From positions 736,001-800,000 of the forward strand of contig OZ245040.1 of the NCBI GenBank assembly GCA_965224195.1: DNA of 64,000 nucleotides. The letters run 5' to 3'. Below the pieces are notes generated by a model. It was not told the origin of the DNA. It was given only the letters and a program-made list of their open reading frames with translations, and did not search any database. A program made the translations under genes and the position numbers. Positions 35,243 to 46,036 of this stretch are shown piece by piece (within the stretch, counting starts at the first letter, position 1; each line of letters starts with the position of its first letter). This DNA comes from Nitrosopumilus sp. (GTDB taxonomy: Archaea > Thermoproteota > Nitrososphaeria > Nitrososphaerales > Nitrosopumilaceae).

Positions 35243-36385
35243 ATGCCTCAATCAGGAATTGTCAAATATCACGTTAAACTTTCCTATGAAGTCGATGGAC
35301 TCGTTGAAAGAGCAGATATAATCGGAGCCATCTTTGGCCAAACAGAAGGACTGTTAGGCCCAGAGATGAATTTGAATGAGCTGCAACGAGTTTCTAAAGT
35401 AGGTCGTATTGAAGTTAATGCAAAATCTACTTCTAACACCACTAGTGGTGATGCATTAATCCCAATGAGTACTGATATTGATACTTGTGCATTAATTGCC
35501 GCTGGTATCGAAAGCATTGACAAAGTAGGTCCATTTGATTGTAAATTCAAATTAGAAGCTATTGATGATGTACGAGCTGCAAAGAAAGATGATATTGTAA
35601 GACGTGCAAAAGAGATCAAACAAAAATGGGCAACTAAGACTGTTAGTGAAGGTGAAACTATGCTAAATGATGTTCACCAAGGAGATACTGGAAAACTATC
35701 TAAATATGGACCATCAAAATTAACATGTAGTTCAGGTGTTTTTGATTCTAATTGGGTGATTCTAGTTGAAGGAAGAGCAGATGTAATCAATCTCCTAAGA
35801 GCAGGCTATGACAATGTACTTGCAATTGAAGGTGCAAAAATAGATGAATCAATCAAAGAACTATGTGGCAAGAAAGACACTGTTGTTGCATTTTTAGATG
35901 GTGATAGAGCAGGCGGATTTATTCTTAAAGAACTCAAATCTGTTGTTACTTTAGATTATGAACTTCAAGCAGACACCGGTGTTGAAGTTGAAGAATTAAC
36001 TCCAGCAAGAATTGATGAAATTTTAAGTCCAATTGCTACTGAGATTAAAGATGGAAAACTTGCACCAGAGATAAAAAATGAAGATGATAAGCCTGTTGCA
36101 GACATGGCAGCAAAAGTATTTCCAAATCTAAATGAAACACTTGAAGCAATTGCATTAGATGGCGATCAAAATGAAATTTTCAAAGTTCCAATCAGCGAAG
36201 TCGTAAGTAAACTATCTTCACAATCTGGAATCAAATATCTTCTATTGGATGGAATTATTACTCAGAGACTTTTAGAAGGTGCCAAAAATGCTGGTGTTGA
36301 ATGTGTAATTGGACACAGAGTTGCAAAATTATCAAACTCTGATGGAATGACACTTAAAACATTCAGTGATTTGGGCATATCTTAG
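35243..36385 (+). CDS. dnaG: archaeal DnaG (TOPRIM; exosome-associated)
   Basis: GAIFGQTEGLLG, VEGRADV, DGDRAG. Confidence 0.95.
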   Translation: MPQSGIVKYHVKLSYEVDGLVERADIIGAIFGQTEGLLGPEMNLNELQRVSKVGRIEVNAKSTSNTTSGDALIPMSTDIDTCALIAAGIESIDKVGPFDCKFKLEAIDDVRAAKKDDIVRRAKEIKQKWATKTVSEGETMLNDVHQGDTGKLSKYGPSKLTCSSGVFDSNWVILVEGRADVINLLRAGYDNVLAIEGAKIDESIKELCGKKDTVVAFLDGDRAGGFILKELKSVVTLDYELQADTGVEVEELTPARIDEILSPIATEIKDGKLAPEIKNEDDKPVADMAAKVFPNLNETLEAIALDGDQNEIFKVPISEVVSKLSSQSGIKYLLLDGIITQRLLEGAKNAGVECVIGHRVAKLSNSDGMTLKTFSDLGIS

Positions 36386-36390
36386 AATAG

Positions 36391-37074
36391 ATGACTGAGC
36401 TAAAGATTCAGCACATCCTAACTCTTTCATATTTACTTTCAAAAGGAGCCAAATACAACTATGTTTCAATCACTACTTCTTCTCTAGGAAAGAATATCAA
36501 AAAATCACAACAGGCAGCCTCAAAACATCTTTTAGAATTAGAACAAAATCAATTCATTGAGAGAATAATTAGTGGTCGAAATATTTCTGTAAAAATTACT
36601 TCAAAAGGGTATTCTGAAATGGTAAAACTTTCAGCAATATTACAAAAAAGTCTTGATTCTTCTCCCTCTCATGTTGAACTAAAAGGAACCTTGGTTTCTG
36701 GAATGGGTGAAGGAGCATACTATATGGGATTAAAGGGATATACAAAACAATTCCAGTCTAAAATTGGATATATTCCCTATCCTGGAACTCTTAATGTTAG
36801 ATTAGATCAAAAAATTCATCAAGAAGCAATAAAACAATTTGAAACTTTGAATGGTGTAAAAATTAAGAGCTTTTCAGATGGAAAGAGAACTTATGGTTGG
36901 GTAAAATGCTTTACTGCAAAACTTAACAATTCTACAAATTGTGAATTAATCATTCTTGAACGTACTCATCATGATGATTCAATAATAGAATTAATTTCAA
37001 AATCCTGTATACGAAAAACTGCAAAATTAAAAGATGGTTCTAAAGTTTCTATTAAAATTCCAATAAATTCCTAA
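36391..37074 (+). CDS. ribK: CTP-dependent riboflavin kinase with N-terminal wHTH
   Basis: SQQAASKHL HTH, VSGMGEGAYY, PYPGTLNV, ERTHH. Confidence 0.92.
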   Translation: MTELKIQHILTLSYLLSKGAKYNYVSITTSSLGKNIKKSQQAASKHLLELEQNQFIERIISGRNISVKITSKGYSEMVKLSAILQKSLDSSPSHVELKGTLVSGMGEGAYYMGLKGYTKQFQSKIGYIPYPGTLNVRLDQKIHQEAIKQFETLNGVKIKSFSDGKRTYGWVKCFTAKLNNSTNCELIILERTHHDDSIIELISKSCIRKTAKLKDGSKVSIKIPINS

Positions 37075-37736
37075 ATTCCGTGAATAGATTCACCATATTC
37101 TTTTTGAATTTTTGAACTGGAACTTTCAGGTATTGGGGATTGTAATCTTGCGACTTTTGCATCAAGTTCTATTTTTTTACATCCTTCTGTGATAAATTTT
37201 TCTTGGTGAATTTGATCATATCCTAATGCAATTATTTGCGGTTTTACGTGGTTTACCGTTTTGAATATGTCATCTTCTTGTCCAATTAAACAAAGATCTA
37301 CTATAGATAATGAATTTACTAATTCTTGTCTTTGTTCTTGCGCATGAAGTGGTCTTCTTTTTTTCATTTTAATTGCTGTATTGTCAGTTGCAACTACCAC
37401 AACTAAAACATCTCCTAGTTCTTTTGCTGCATTTAATGTGTGAATGTGTCCTGGATGAATAATATCAAAAACCCCTCCTGCTAATACAACACATAGAGAA
37501 TTCCTTCCTTTTTCAGTAAGAGACTTTCTATCTTCATTAACTAATTGAGTTTTAATTAAATTATCCATTTCTAAATTTATGATATCTTCAGATAGCATAG
37601 TTTTTTTCTTGAGTATTTCAAATGATTCTTTTCCTTCAATTTGACAGACATACATGATAGATAGTATGGTTTTTTGATTTTGTTCCAATGTTTTTTCTAT
37701 TTTTGACCCTCTCTTTAATTCATCGTTAAAAATCAC
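37071..37736 (-). CDS. ribL: FAD synthetase (cytidylyltransferase family)
   Basis: GGVFDIIHPGH, LGYDQ, SSSKI. Confidence 0.88.
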   Translation of the reverse strand: MIFNDELKRGSKIEKTLEQNQKTILSIMYVCQIEGKESFEILKKKTMLSEDIINLEMDNLIKTQLVNEDRKSLTEKGRNSLCVVLAGGVFDIIHPGHIHTLNAAKELGDVLVVVVATDNTAIKMKKRRPLHAQEQRQELVNSLSIVDLCLIGQEDDIFKTVNHVKPQIIALGYDQIHQEKFITEGCKKIELDAKVARLQSPIPESSSSKIQKEYGESIHGI

Positions 37737-38770
37737 ATCTTTGGATCAAGGCCTTTTGCTAATCTTAATGCATCAACAAGACCATCTGCATATCCTATAC
37801 TCAATATTGCTACTTCATCTTGACCATCTTCTAGAAATTTTTCTGCATCTTTGACATACAATTCAGCATTTTCTAAAATCCCTTGAAATTCTTTTTGATT
37901 TTTGTATAGTGGCTCAACTTCCTCTAATGCTTCTCTAACCATAGGCACATATTTTTTCATCATCTGAATGGAAATTTTCTTTGTTTTTTCTGTATTATCA
38001 AATGGTTCATCAATACACTGTCCAAATAATTTCAAAGCATCTGATTCCGTAAAGTGCAATCTACCTGGAATAATTACAGTGTGTGGAGGCTTACCAAAAT
38101 CAATTTTTTTCAAACTTGATATTTTACCTGAAATAATTTTTTCATCTTTGAATCCTATTCTTGATGCAACAATTACATACGTTGATGGACTAATGACATT
38201 TCTTATTTGACCTTTTTCAGTTTCTAATAATCCATTTAATGCATCCTTAGGATCTAAGAAGAAATCTTTGTCTTGATTATATTCTAAAAGAAGTACTGTA
38301 TGGTTGCCTTCGATGATATTTTTGTATATTACATAATATGGAGTTGTTAGTGATTTCATCTCACTCATTATCGTTGCAATTCTTCCTATTTTGTAAAAAT
38401 GCAAACCGCATTCTCCTATCATTGACGTTAGTGAGGATGCAGCATGAATTGAATGTGTTTTAATTTTATCTTCAATTGCTCTTGTTCGTAATTCGATATG
38501 AGTTGTTGCGATGTAAGGATCTCCATATGCCAATAAAACAACTTTCTTTTTCTTTGCATTTTTTAAAATTTCACTACCATCTTCAACTAACCATCTTTTT
38601 GCAAGTTTGAATTTCCCTTTTGTTGCATTTTTGATTTTTGTTAAATCTGATTTTCCTATTGGACTGGTAAATTGTTCTAAATACACGATATCTGCTTTTG
38701 ACAACACATCTAATGCCTCACTAGGAATAGATTTGTATCCAGAAATCCCTAACCCGATAAACCACAGCAT
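37733..38770 (-). CDS. dph5: diphthine synthase with DUF357 C-terminus
   Basis: FIGLG, GDPYIATTH, HTVLLL, GYADGLVDAL. Confidence 0.93.
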   Translation of the reverse strand: MLWFIGLGISGYKSIPSEALDVLSKADIVYLEQFTSPIGKSDLTKIKNATKGKFKLAKRWLVEDGSEILKNAKKKKVVLLAYGDPYIATTHIELRTRAIEDKIKTHSIHAASSLTSMIGECGLHFYKIGRIATIMSEMKSLTTPYYVIYKNIIEGNHTVLLLEYNQDKDFFLDPKDALNGLLETEKGQIRNVISPSTYVIVASRIGFKDEKIISGKISSLKKIDFGKPPHTVIIPGRLHFTESDALKLFGQCIDEPFDNTEKTKKISIQMMKKYVPMVREALEEVEPLYKNQKEFQGILENAELYVKDAEKFLEDGQDEVAILSIGYADGLVDALRLAKGLDPKM

Positions 38771-39897
38771 TATTGAATATTTTTATCGTGAAGTCTTTTT
38801 AAATGCTGTAGTGTTTTCTTGAGAATTTCTATTCCTCTGAGATATTCATCTACTGAAACTTTCTCATCAATTGTATGGGCTTCATGAGGATCTCCTGGTC
38901 CATAAGTTACAACTGGGATTCCCCATTGATTTCCAAGTACATTCATGTCTCCTGTACCTGTTTTTCTAATCAACATAGGTCGTGAGTGCTCAGTTTCCAT
39001 TATGCCAAGCGTAAATGCTCTAACTAGCGGTGAATTGTGGGGCGCTTCAAATGGTTCAGTCTCATCTAAAATTGAATAAAATGCTTCTACTTCTCTTTCT
39101 TGAGATATTTCTTTAACAAGTGTTGCAATTTTTTGTTCAATTGTTTTACAATTCATATCTACTGGAATCCTAATATCAAAAGTTGTTTCACAATCTTTTG
39201 GTGTTACATTGTGACTTGTTCCACCTTTCACTTCTGTCATTGTAGCAGTCAATAGCATTCCTTTTGTTTTATCTTCTTGATTTGCTTCTAGTTTTTCTTT
39301 TAACTCTCTTGCAAATATCATAGATTCTACAATTGCATTTTTTGATAGCCATGGTGCACTTGCATGAGAACTATCTTCAACACTAATTTTGAGATTTATT
39401 GCTAATCTTCCCTTGTATGCAATTGTTACTTTTTTAATTCCACTTGGTTCCCCAAAAACTGCGTAATCAATATCCATTTTTTTCTTGACTAAATTTTTAA
39501 TTCCTGTTGCATTTCCTTCTTCATCTACTGCCCCGACAAAAATTATTGTTCCGTTATTGTTTTGAATTGAAGCTGCAGCAAATAACATTGCCATTAATGG
39601 TGCCTTTGCATCCGATGCCCCTCTACCATAAAGTGAATCCCCTTCTTTTCGAACTTTGACTTTTCCTGGTACTACATCCATGTGTCCACATAACATAATT
39701 CTTGGAGAGCCAGAACCTTTCTTTGCAATTACATTGCCAACTTCATCTATCTGTATATCTTCAAATCCCAAATCGTCACATTTATCAGCTAAAAACTCAG
39801 CCATTGGTTTTTCACTTAAAGACGGTGTGTACAATCTAAGTGCTTTCTCTAGCATCTTGACCGCAAATCTTGGGGTTACTGTAAAATGTGTGTCCAA
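38770..39897 (-). CDS. lysK: [LysW]-lysine/ornithine hydrolase (M20)
   Basis: GHMDVVPG, GRGASDAK, DEEG, KTGTGDMN; next to lysX/lysW. Confidence 0.88.
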   Translation of the reverse strand: MDTHFTVTPRFAVKMLEKALRLYTPSLSEKPMAEFLADKCDDLGFEDIQIDEVGNVIAKKGSGSPRIMLCGHMDVVPGKVKVRKEGDSLYGRGASDAKAPLMAMLFAAASIQNNNGTIIFVGAVDEEGNATGIKNLVKKKMDIDYAVFGEPSGIKKVTIAYKGRLAINLKISVEDSSHASAPWLSKNAIVESMIFARELKEKLEANQEDKTKGMLLTATMTEVKGGTSHNVTPKDCETTFDIRIPVDMNCKTIEQKIATLVKEISQEREVEAFYSILDETEPFEAPHNSPLVRAFTLGIMETEHSRPMLIRKTGTGDMNVLGNQWGIPVVTYGPGDPHEAHTIDEKVSVDEYLRGIEILKKTLQHLKRLHDKNIQ

Positions 39898-39900
39898 TTC

Positions 39901-40743
39901 TTACTTTTCTACCTTCAGTGCATAATCTAGCATTAAGGAAGGAATGTCCACTTCACATACTCTAACTGTGTTTTTGTATTCCGTTGTATTGTTTACCTCG
40001 TGTACAACTAGTCCTTTCTCGTCACTTTCCATTAAATCCACACCTACGATATCTCCTTGAATTGCGTGTTTTGCTTTAATACACATTTCTTCCATTTCTT
40101 GTGTTACTTCGCATGGCTCTGCCACTCCACCTAACGCCATGTTTGTTTTCCAATGTTTTGAGGATCTGTAAATTACTGCAACTATTTTATCACCTACCAT
40201 GATTGCTCGAATGTCTCTTGGTGGTCTTTTTACAAATTCTTCTAAATAATGAACTTGATAAATTGGATACATGTTTTCTCTACTTTCAATAACTCCTTCA
40301 GCAGCATCTCTATCATTTAATTTTGAGATTAATCTTCCCCAACTACCTACTGTTGGCTTGATCACCCTTGGATATCCTTGTGAATCTAATGCTTCTAGTG
40401 CTGCATCTTTTGAAAAAGCTACAGTTGCATCTGGTGTTGGTACGCCAAATTTTTTTAATAACATATGTGTAAATAATTTATTTCCTGCATACACTCCTGT
40501 GTTAAGACAATTGATTACTTTAACACCTAATCCTTCAAGAGCTGCTGTTGAATGTAAATTTCTATAGTAACTTACACATCTTTGAATAACTACCCCATAA
40601 TCTTCTGGTTTTTTTTCTAAGTTTATTGCCAATTTTTTACAATCGACCATCTGAATGTTGATGTTCTTTTTTTTACCTGCTTCTAGCAGAGCTTTTTCTT
40701 CCCAACGGATGGAATCGTAAAGAATGGTAACATCAGGATTCAC
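39901..40743 (-). CDS. lysX: LysW-aminoadipate/glutamate ligase (RimK ATP-grasp)
   Basis: KPTVGSWGR, RDIR, WKTNMALGG, HEVNN; GTG start overlapping the lysW stop. Confidence 0.92.
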   Translation of the reverse strand: MNPDVTILYDSIRWEEKALLEAGKKKNINIQMVDCKKLAINLEKKPEDYGVVIQRCVSYYRNLHSTAALEGLGVKVINCLNTGVYAGNKLFTHMLLKKFGVPTPDATVAFSKDAALEALDSQGYPRVIKPTVGSWGRLISKLNDRDAAEGVIESRENMYPIYQVHYLEEFVKRPPRDIRAIMVGDKIVAVIYRSSKHWKTNMALGGVAEPCEVTQEMEEMCIKAKHAIQGDIVGVDLMESDEKGLVVHEVNNTTEYKNTVRVCEVDIPSLMLDYALKVEK

Positions 40744-40907
40744 TGTCCCCAATCCTCGCCAACCGTTTGGGCCGGCTTTAGATCGAAACCATTTGAACTT
40801 TTAGATAATTCAAAACTTGCGCCACATTCTGGACATGTTACAATTTCTCCTTCAAGTGCATCACTTGGAATGGAAATATCTGCATCACATTCTTCACATT
40901 TTGACAT
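40740..40907 (-). CDS. lysW: amino-group carrier protein LysW/ArgW (55 aa)
   Basis: MSKCEECDA...CPECGA...GEDWGQ; not in the ORF track because it is under 60 aa. Confidence 0.92.
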   Translation of the reverse strand: MSKCEECDADISIPSDALEGEIVTCPECGASFELSKSSNGFDLKPAQTVGEDWGQ

Positions 40908-41189
40908 ATTTTCTCTTCATTACTCCTCTTTATTTATCATTAATTATCTTTCATACCCTTGATTATGTGTTAATTTTGTTATTGATTTATTGGTATTTGC
41001 CATGAAAAAACTCTATTTTTCTATACAATTCACTCATAATTAAATTAATTAAATATTTCGTTGATTTGATACTGTGTAATCTGAGTGACCCATCCTATCC
41101 TGGCTATTTTGGTGACCTGTTTTATTCACTTGATCGTTTGGTATTTTGAAAACACACGATTTTCAATATGGTACTTTTAGAATCACAAA

Positions 41190-41292
41190 TCAAACTAAAA
41201 GCAAAAGACAGTCATTGCAAACCAGGCAGAGCAGCTAGAAATAATGCAAGACGAGCTAGAGCGGGTCAACAGATGGATTGCAAGCAAAAGTG
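41190..41292 (+). repeat. diverged copy of the 3' end of the integrase gene (42203-42305)
   Basis: CAGTCATTGCAAACCAGGCAGAGCAGCTAGAAATAATGCAAGACGAGCT...GGGTCAACAGATGGATT is shared. Confidence 0.9.
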
Positions 41293-41594
41293 ATCAAAAA
41301 TAACTATCAATAACAACTAGGATTTAAAAGCAGACATCAAGTGACGACCCGTAATATCAGACAAAGCAGAATCAATTTCACAAACACCATCATCAAGTAA
41401 TTTCATCAAACCACTTTGAGATTTGACAACATCGAAAAGAGTTTTAGAACCATCAGTAAGAGTTTCAAAATAACAGGAAACTTTGGCATAGAGAGCTAGT
41501 TAGAGGCGGCATTTCTAGAGATAAGGGAAAGCCTGGCGGTGAACTTCCCATTGAGGATACTGAACTGCAATCTGTTTATTTTGGAACTTCTGAT

Positions 41595-42308
41595 TTGAGA
41601 AAAAGATGCATTATTTCTATTCTTAGCTCTCTTGGGATTAGACCTGGTGCACTGATTGATCCTGTCCTTTGTTTCAAACATCTTATTCCTATTGAAGATT
41701 GTTATGCTGTGAAAATTTATGATGAATCTCTGTCTGGATATTGGGGGTTTTTAATACCTGAAGCTAGACAAGACGTAGATAATTACAGATCTGAAAGGGA
41801 GTCTATGGGTGAAAAAATTACTGATGATTCTCCTATTCTGGCTACATTGAATTCCAGATGGAATGCCAAAAATAAATTCATGACTAATGACAATCTCAAA
41901 GAAATTTTATTAAAGTTAATCAAAGGCAAGGTAAGGCGGAAAAAAAATGGCAACAGATATGACAAGGCCCTGGCAACCATGTTTAGAAAAAGATTCAACA
42001 CTAAATTAAAACTAAATAATGCAGTAAATTCCAATATTGCAGAACTGGCCATGGCCCACAAGCTGCCCGGATCTCAGGGGAACTATACAAAACCTACCAT
42101 GGAGGAATGTTTTAAGGAAATGAAAAAAGCAATACCCGAACTAACCATTGATCCCACCGCACGTCAGAAATTGAAGATAAGCAAACAACAAGAACAGATA
42201 GTAAAACTAGAAAAGCAGGAGGCAGTCATTGCAAACCAGGCAGAGCAGCTAGAAATAATGCAAGACGAGCTTGAAAGGGTCAACAGATGGATTACAAGCA
42301 AAAGCTAG
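41595..42308 (+). pseudogene. tyrosine recombinase/integrase, catalytic half only
   Basis: LGIRPGAL (Arg), MFRKRFNT, MAHK, GNY (Tyr) and coiled-coil tail; N-terminal domain missing. Confidence 0.8.
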
Positions 42309-42316
42309 TAATATTA

Positions 42317-43603
42317 CTATTTTCTGTTTTTGATACTGGATATTAATGGTCGCACATGTGTCTCAACTTCTTTAGAAGATATACTGTATTTTTCAAAAGT
42401 TTGAACCAATTCCATTGCAAGATCTCGAATCACTTTTTGCTCATCATCAGTAATTGCAGGAGCAGTTAGAAGACCAGAGTCCATCTTGGATGTAATTTCA
42501 ACAAGTCTTAAAGTATTACCTGTATTGTTTGCAATAATATCATCTACAATATCAGAAAGTATGACGGATGCCTTTAGTGGTAGTTCTATAGAAGGATCAT
42601 CCCCAAAGACTTTAATCCAAAACATTGAAGGAATGATCTTATCTAACATTGCATCAAACTGACCCTTTTCATATCTTACAGATGTTAAAACATCCAAAGT
42701 CTTGGAATCGTTAAAATCCTCATTGATATCCAAAAGTGACAAAAACACAGAAAGATCAATTTTTGGGTCATTCCTGATATAACCAATATACTCAAAGAGT
42801 AGTGGAAAGTAATCATAAACAGAGTTGATGCTTTTCAATACACCAAAATCATTTTTTTGATAAGAATAATCTTCATCAGCCTCTCTGCGCATAATATCGA
42901 TCAGCAGTTCAAACAGTTCCTCTCTCGTACAGCTAACGTTGCGGATTGATGCCGCCAAAGATGTGGGGTAGGCCTTTCTTTCAAGGTCATACAGGCCCTC
43001 TTTCTCCTTACAGCGAATGTTGCTGAGTGCCGACAAAGATGTGGGGTAGGCCTTTCTTTCAAGGTCATACGGGTCCTCTTTCTCACTGTAAAACTGGTGG
43101 AATTGATCAAAAGTAATAGGGACCTTTCTTTCAAGTTTATGCATGCCCTCTTTCTCACTGTAAAATTTGGGACTAGCAGTATGACGCTTTTTATTAGCAA
43201 CAACATTCTGAATTTCAAAGAATATGTGAATTGTAAACAAAAGACCAAAATGACTAAGTTTGTATTTCCTATTTTCTTTGATAACTAAACCTTTGGTTCG
43301 TAAACTTACAACATCACCTTCATCTGAGCCATTTAGAATTCTGCGTAAAATGTTGTATGTATTTCTATAGGATTTTTTATTTTCAGCTTTCATATACTCC
43401 AAGGTCAAATCCTTCAAAGACTGTTCCCCAGATTCCAAAAGCTCCCATAATATCCATCTAAAATTAAACTTTGCTTGACTTGTATTATCTTCTGAGATTA
43501 ATGATGTATTCTTTTTTGTAATGTATATGTTAGTTCTAAGGTCACTAAACAGATTCCCTGTAAACACAAGACCCGCATTTCTATATTGTTTAGAAACAGG
43601 CAT
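42317..43603 (-). CDS. hypothetical wHTH-like protein with three internal EKE..Y.LERK.YP repeats
   Basis: 428-aa ORF; wHTH-like LRTKGLV...YKLSHFG; repeats at 42940-43165. Confidence 0.7.
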   Translation of the reverse strand: MPVSKQYRNAGLVFTGNLFSDLRTNIYITKKNTSLISEDNTSQAKFNFRWILWELLESGEQSLKDLTLEYMKAENKKSYRNTYNILRRILNGSDEGDVVSLRTKGLVIKENRKYKLSHFGLLFTIHIFFEIQNVVANKKRHTASPKFYSEKEGMHKLERKVPITFDQFHQFYSEKEDPYDLERKAYPTSLSALSNIRCKEKEGLYDLERKAYPTSLAASIRNVSCTREELFELLIDIMRREADEDYSYQKNDFGVLKSINSVYDYFPLLFEYIGYIRNDPKIDLSVFLSLLDINEDFNDSKTLDVLTSVRYEKGQFDAMLDKIIPSMFWIKVFGDDPSIELPLKASVILSDIVDDIIANNTGNTLRLVEITSKMDSGLLTAPAITDDEQKVIRDLAMELVQTFEKYSISSKEVETHVRPLISSIKNRK

Positions 43604-43699
43604 ACTGTATTATTACTTACTAATAACTAATAACTGTTGTGAATTCAGCATAACAAATCTGGATTTCGTACAGTTGATATGTTTTAATACAGCTTAGCC

Positions 43700-43894
43700 A
43701 TGGCTAATATGTTGAAAAAATCTATTGGCAGGCCACCGATAAAGGATCCTTGTAAACAACGGGCTGTGTTTATGCCCCAAAGTCTAGAAAAATTAATACT
43801 AAAAAATTCAGAGGGGATCTCTGAAAGATATCGATTTCTGATTCAGTTAGGATTTCAGGCAGAGCAAAGTGGGATGAAACTTGACTCCAGATAA
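43700..43894 (+). CDS. ribbon-helix-helix-like regulator
   Basis: GRPP motif, AVFMP strand, short helices. Confidence 0.55.
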   Translation: MANMLKKSIGRPPIKDPCKQRAVFMPQSLEKLILKNSEGISERYRFLIQLGFQAEQSGMKLDSR

Positions 43895-44099
43895 ACTGTG
43901 CTGCAACACAAAACATGATGATCTATGCTTTGAGATTACATTTGTCAATGGCAAAACATATTTAGTTTGCAACAAGTGCTCATCTACGCTCAAGTGCTAC
44001 TCCAGGCACATTTCAACTAAGAAGAAAATTCTTGCAGCGAGTAATGAATTACCTTTAGTGTCAGCGGACTCACATAAAAGTGGTGACAAGCAGCAGTGA
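43881..44099 (+). CDS. small Cys-rich Zn-finger protein
   Basis: CCN..H...C and CNKC; overlapping operon arrangement. Confidence 0.5.
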   Translation: MTPDKLCCNTKHDDLCFEITFVNGKTYLVCNKCSSTLKCYSRHISTKKKILAASNELPLVSADSHKSGDKQQ

Positions 44100-44317
44100 T
44101 TCTTAGTCCAGATGATGAATTATTCATTTGCTGGGCTCTGGCAACTGAAGGTTACAGGTGCATCAAATGTAAGCGGACAGTACAACAACTAATTAAATTA
44201 TATGGCAACACCGAGCCAGTCCTGAAAGTTTTCTATAAGTATAATGGGCTAGCTTGTCTGACGTGCATTAACAGCAGCCATCTTGCAGCAGCAAATTTGG
44301 AGAATAATGGCAGGTAG
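44096..44317 (+). CDS. small Zn-finger protein
   Basis: CIKC and CLTC pairs. Confidence 0.5.
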   Translation: MILSPDDELFICWALATEGYRCIKCKRTVQQLIKLYGNTEPVLKVFYKYNGLACLTCINSSHLAAANLENNGR

Positions 44318-45550
44318 ATGAACTTGTATGAAAATAAAGATGCTAAATCATTAACGCCAGAGTCAAAAGACCTCGTTACATTTGCAGACATGTTAGATTT
44401 GAATGAATCTATAGATAATATAAAGGATGTGGCGATTGCCCAAGAGCAAGTGTCCGTTGAGACAACTCAAAATGACAAGATTAACGTTCAAGATATTGAT
44501 ATCGATATTTACTCAAAGCATTCAGTACGAGAAGAACTAATAATTAATGATTCAACTGATTCTGAAAACAAACAAGATATTCTTAATGCACCAACTCCAA
44601 ATGTCAGCAAAAGATCCAGCCGCATGTCAGGATATACAGTACAAGAAGAACCAATAATTGATGATTTCACCAAACCTGAAAATGACATTGCGTTAAAAAA
44701 TGACTCTCCAATAATGCGCGAAAATACGACTCAACAGATTTTGCCATACGAAAGAAAGTACCATTCTCTATCAAAACTTCAACGTGATAGGCTGAGAAAA
44801 AAAATGGATGCCGCAGGAATTCCACACAGGTGCGCCAACCCTAAATGCAAGAATAAAAATAATAAATCTATAAAAATACTCATACACCACATTAATGGCA
44901 ACGAACTGCAGTGTGATGGAGATGATGGAACAGAATGTGGAAATTTACAGTACCTCTGCTACAGTTGCCATCAATTATATGGCATAAAAAAGCGCGTATA
45001 TAATCTAAACCCGAATGATCAGATTGGAATAGATCCATCAAAGGCATTGTCTTACGAATCCACAGTAAAAACTCTTGCAAGGCCCAGATGTTTGGAGAAT
45101 ATAGACAAAGCGATAGACGATAATGGCCACCATTTTTGTGAATCTGTTTTAAATGAAGCTCCAGAAATATTAACTGCAGGTGTATCTAAAATTAAATTTA
45201 ATGAATATTATACTCAGAATACACAAAAATTTGGCATAGACAATGCAAGATACCATAGGTTTCGAATAGCACCATATATGTGCGGGAATACTGAAAATTG
45301 CAGCGGGATTCATGTGACTCGTGTAAATAATGTAAAACCTATGGTATTGATTTCTAAAGAAAAGATCTTCTTGCAAGGTGAGTATGACAAACATATAGAA
45401 TCCATAAAAAAAAATAATGCGATAAAGAATGCATCAAACGAGGCATTAACTCCCGAGTTATCATTTGAACAATACTCTGAAGAACGCTCAAAGTTGGCAC
45501 AGCATGATTTTACCAAATATTCCTCTCTTGATGATGATCCTTCTGATTAA
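44318..45550 (+). CDS. HNH-domain protein with long acidic N-terminus
   Basis: CANPKC...IHHINGN...NLQYLCYSCH HNH/Zn motif. Confidence 0.7.
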   Translation: MNLYENKDAKSLTPESKDLVTFADMLDLNESIDNIKDVAIAQEQVSVETTQNDKINVQDIDIDIYSKHSVREELIINDSTDSENKQDILNAPTPNVSKRSSRMSGYTVQEEPIIDDFTKPENDIALKNDSPIMRENTTQQILPYERKYHSLSKLQRDRLRKKMDAAGIPHRCANPKCKNKNNKSIKILIHHINGNELQCDGDDGTECGNLQYLCYSCHQLYGIKKRVYNLNPNDQIGIDPSKALSYESTVKTLARPRCLENIDKAIDDNGHHFCESVLNEAPEILTAGVSKIKFNEYYTQNTQKFGIDNARYHRFRIAPYMCGNTENCSGIHVTRVNNVKPMVLISKEKIFLQGEYDKHIESIKKNNAIKNASNEALTPELSFEQYSEERSKLAQHDFTKYSSLDDDPSD

Positions 45551-45669
45551 CTAAATATCTAACAATAATTATCTCTAAACAACAAATCCTACATTATAAA
45601 ATTAATCCAAATAAACCTAATTCTATTTTATGGTACCAAAGTGTTTAACTTTACATATTAGATATTTCA

Positions 45670-46036
45670 TGTCTGAAGGGTCTGACGTGTCTGAAGGGTC
45701 TGACGTGTCTGAAGGGTCTGACGTGTCTGAAGGTTACCTTCAGACATTTTACTGATTTTTACTGATCGCTTTTGCGTCTGAAGGGTACCCTTCAGACGCT
45801 CTGGGGAGAGGGTGAAAAATATGTTGGTTCTAAGACTTGATACTCTACCTCCAAAAATATACCTAATTTTTGTATAATATACAAGTTAATCATACCACTA
45901 ATTACATGAATCAGACATTTTAGACATATGATCCTGACCAAAAAATAGACAATTTCAATTTTGCGTCTGAAGGGTCTGAAGGGTCTGAAGGTTACCTTCA
46001 GACATTTTACTGATCGCTTTTGCGTCTGAAGGTCTA
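45670..46036. repeat. iteron-like TCTGAAGG repeat cluster with palindromes
   Basis: 18-bp unit GTCTGAAGGGTCTGACGT in tandem, GTCTGAAGGTTACCTTCAGAC hairpins, a perfect 26-bp palindrome at 45774-45799, and a second block at 45963-46035. Confidence 0.85.

Noticed and set aside
41000-41600. tRNA gene as integration site
   Set aside because: No cloverleaf or T-loop consensus seen; no tRNA or rRNA recognised anywhere in the window
45670-46036. CRISPR array
   Set aside because: Repeats are head-to-tail without unique spacers
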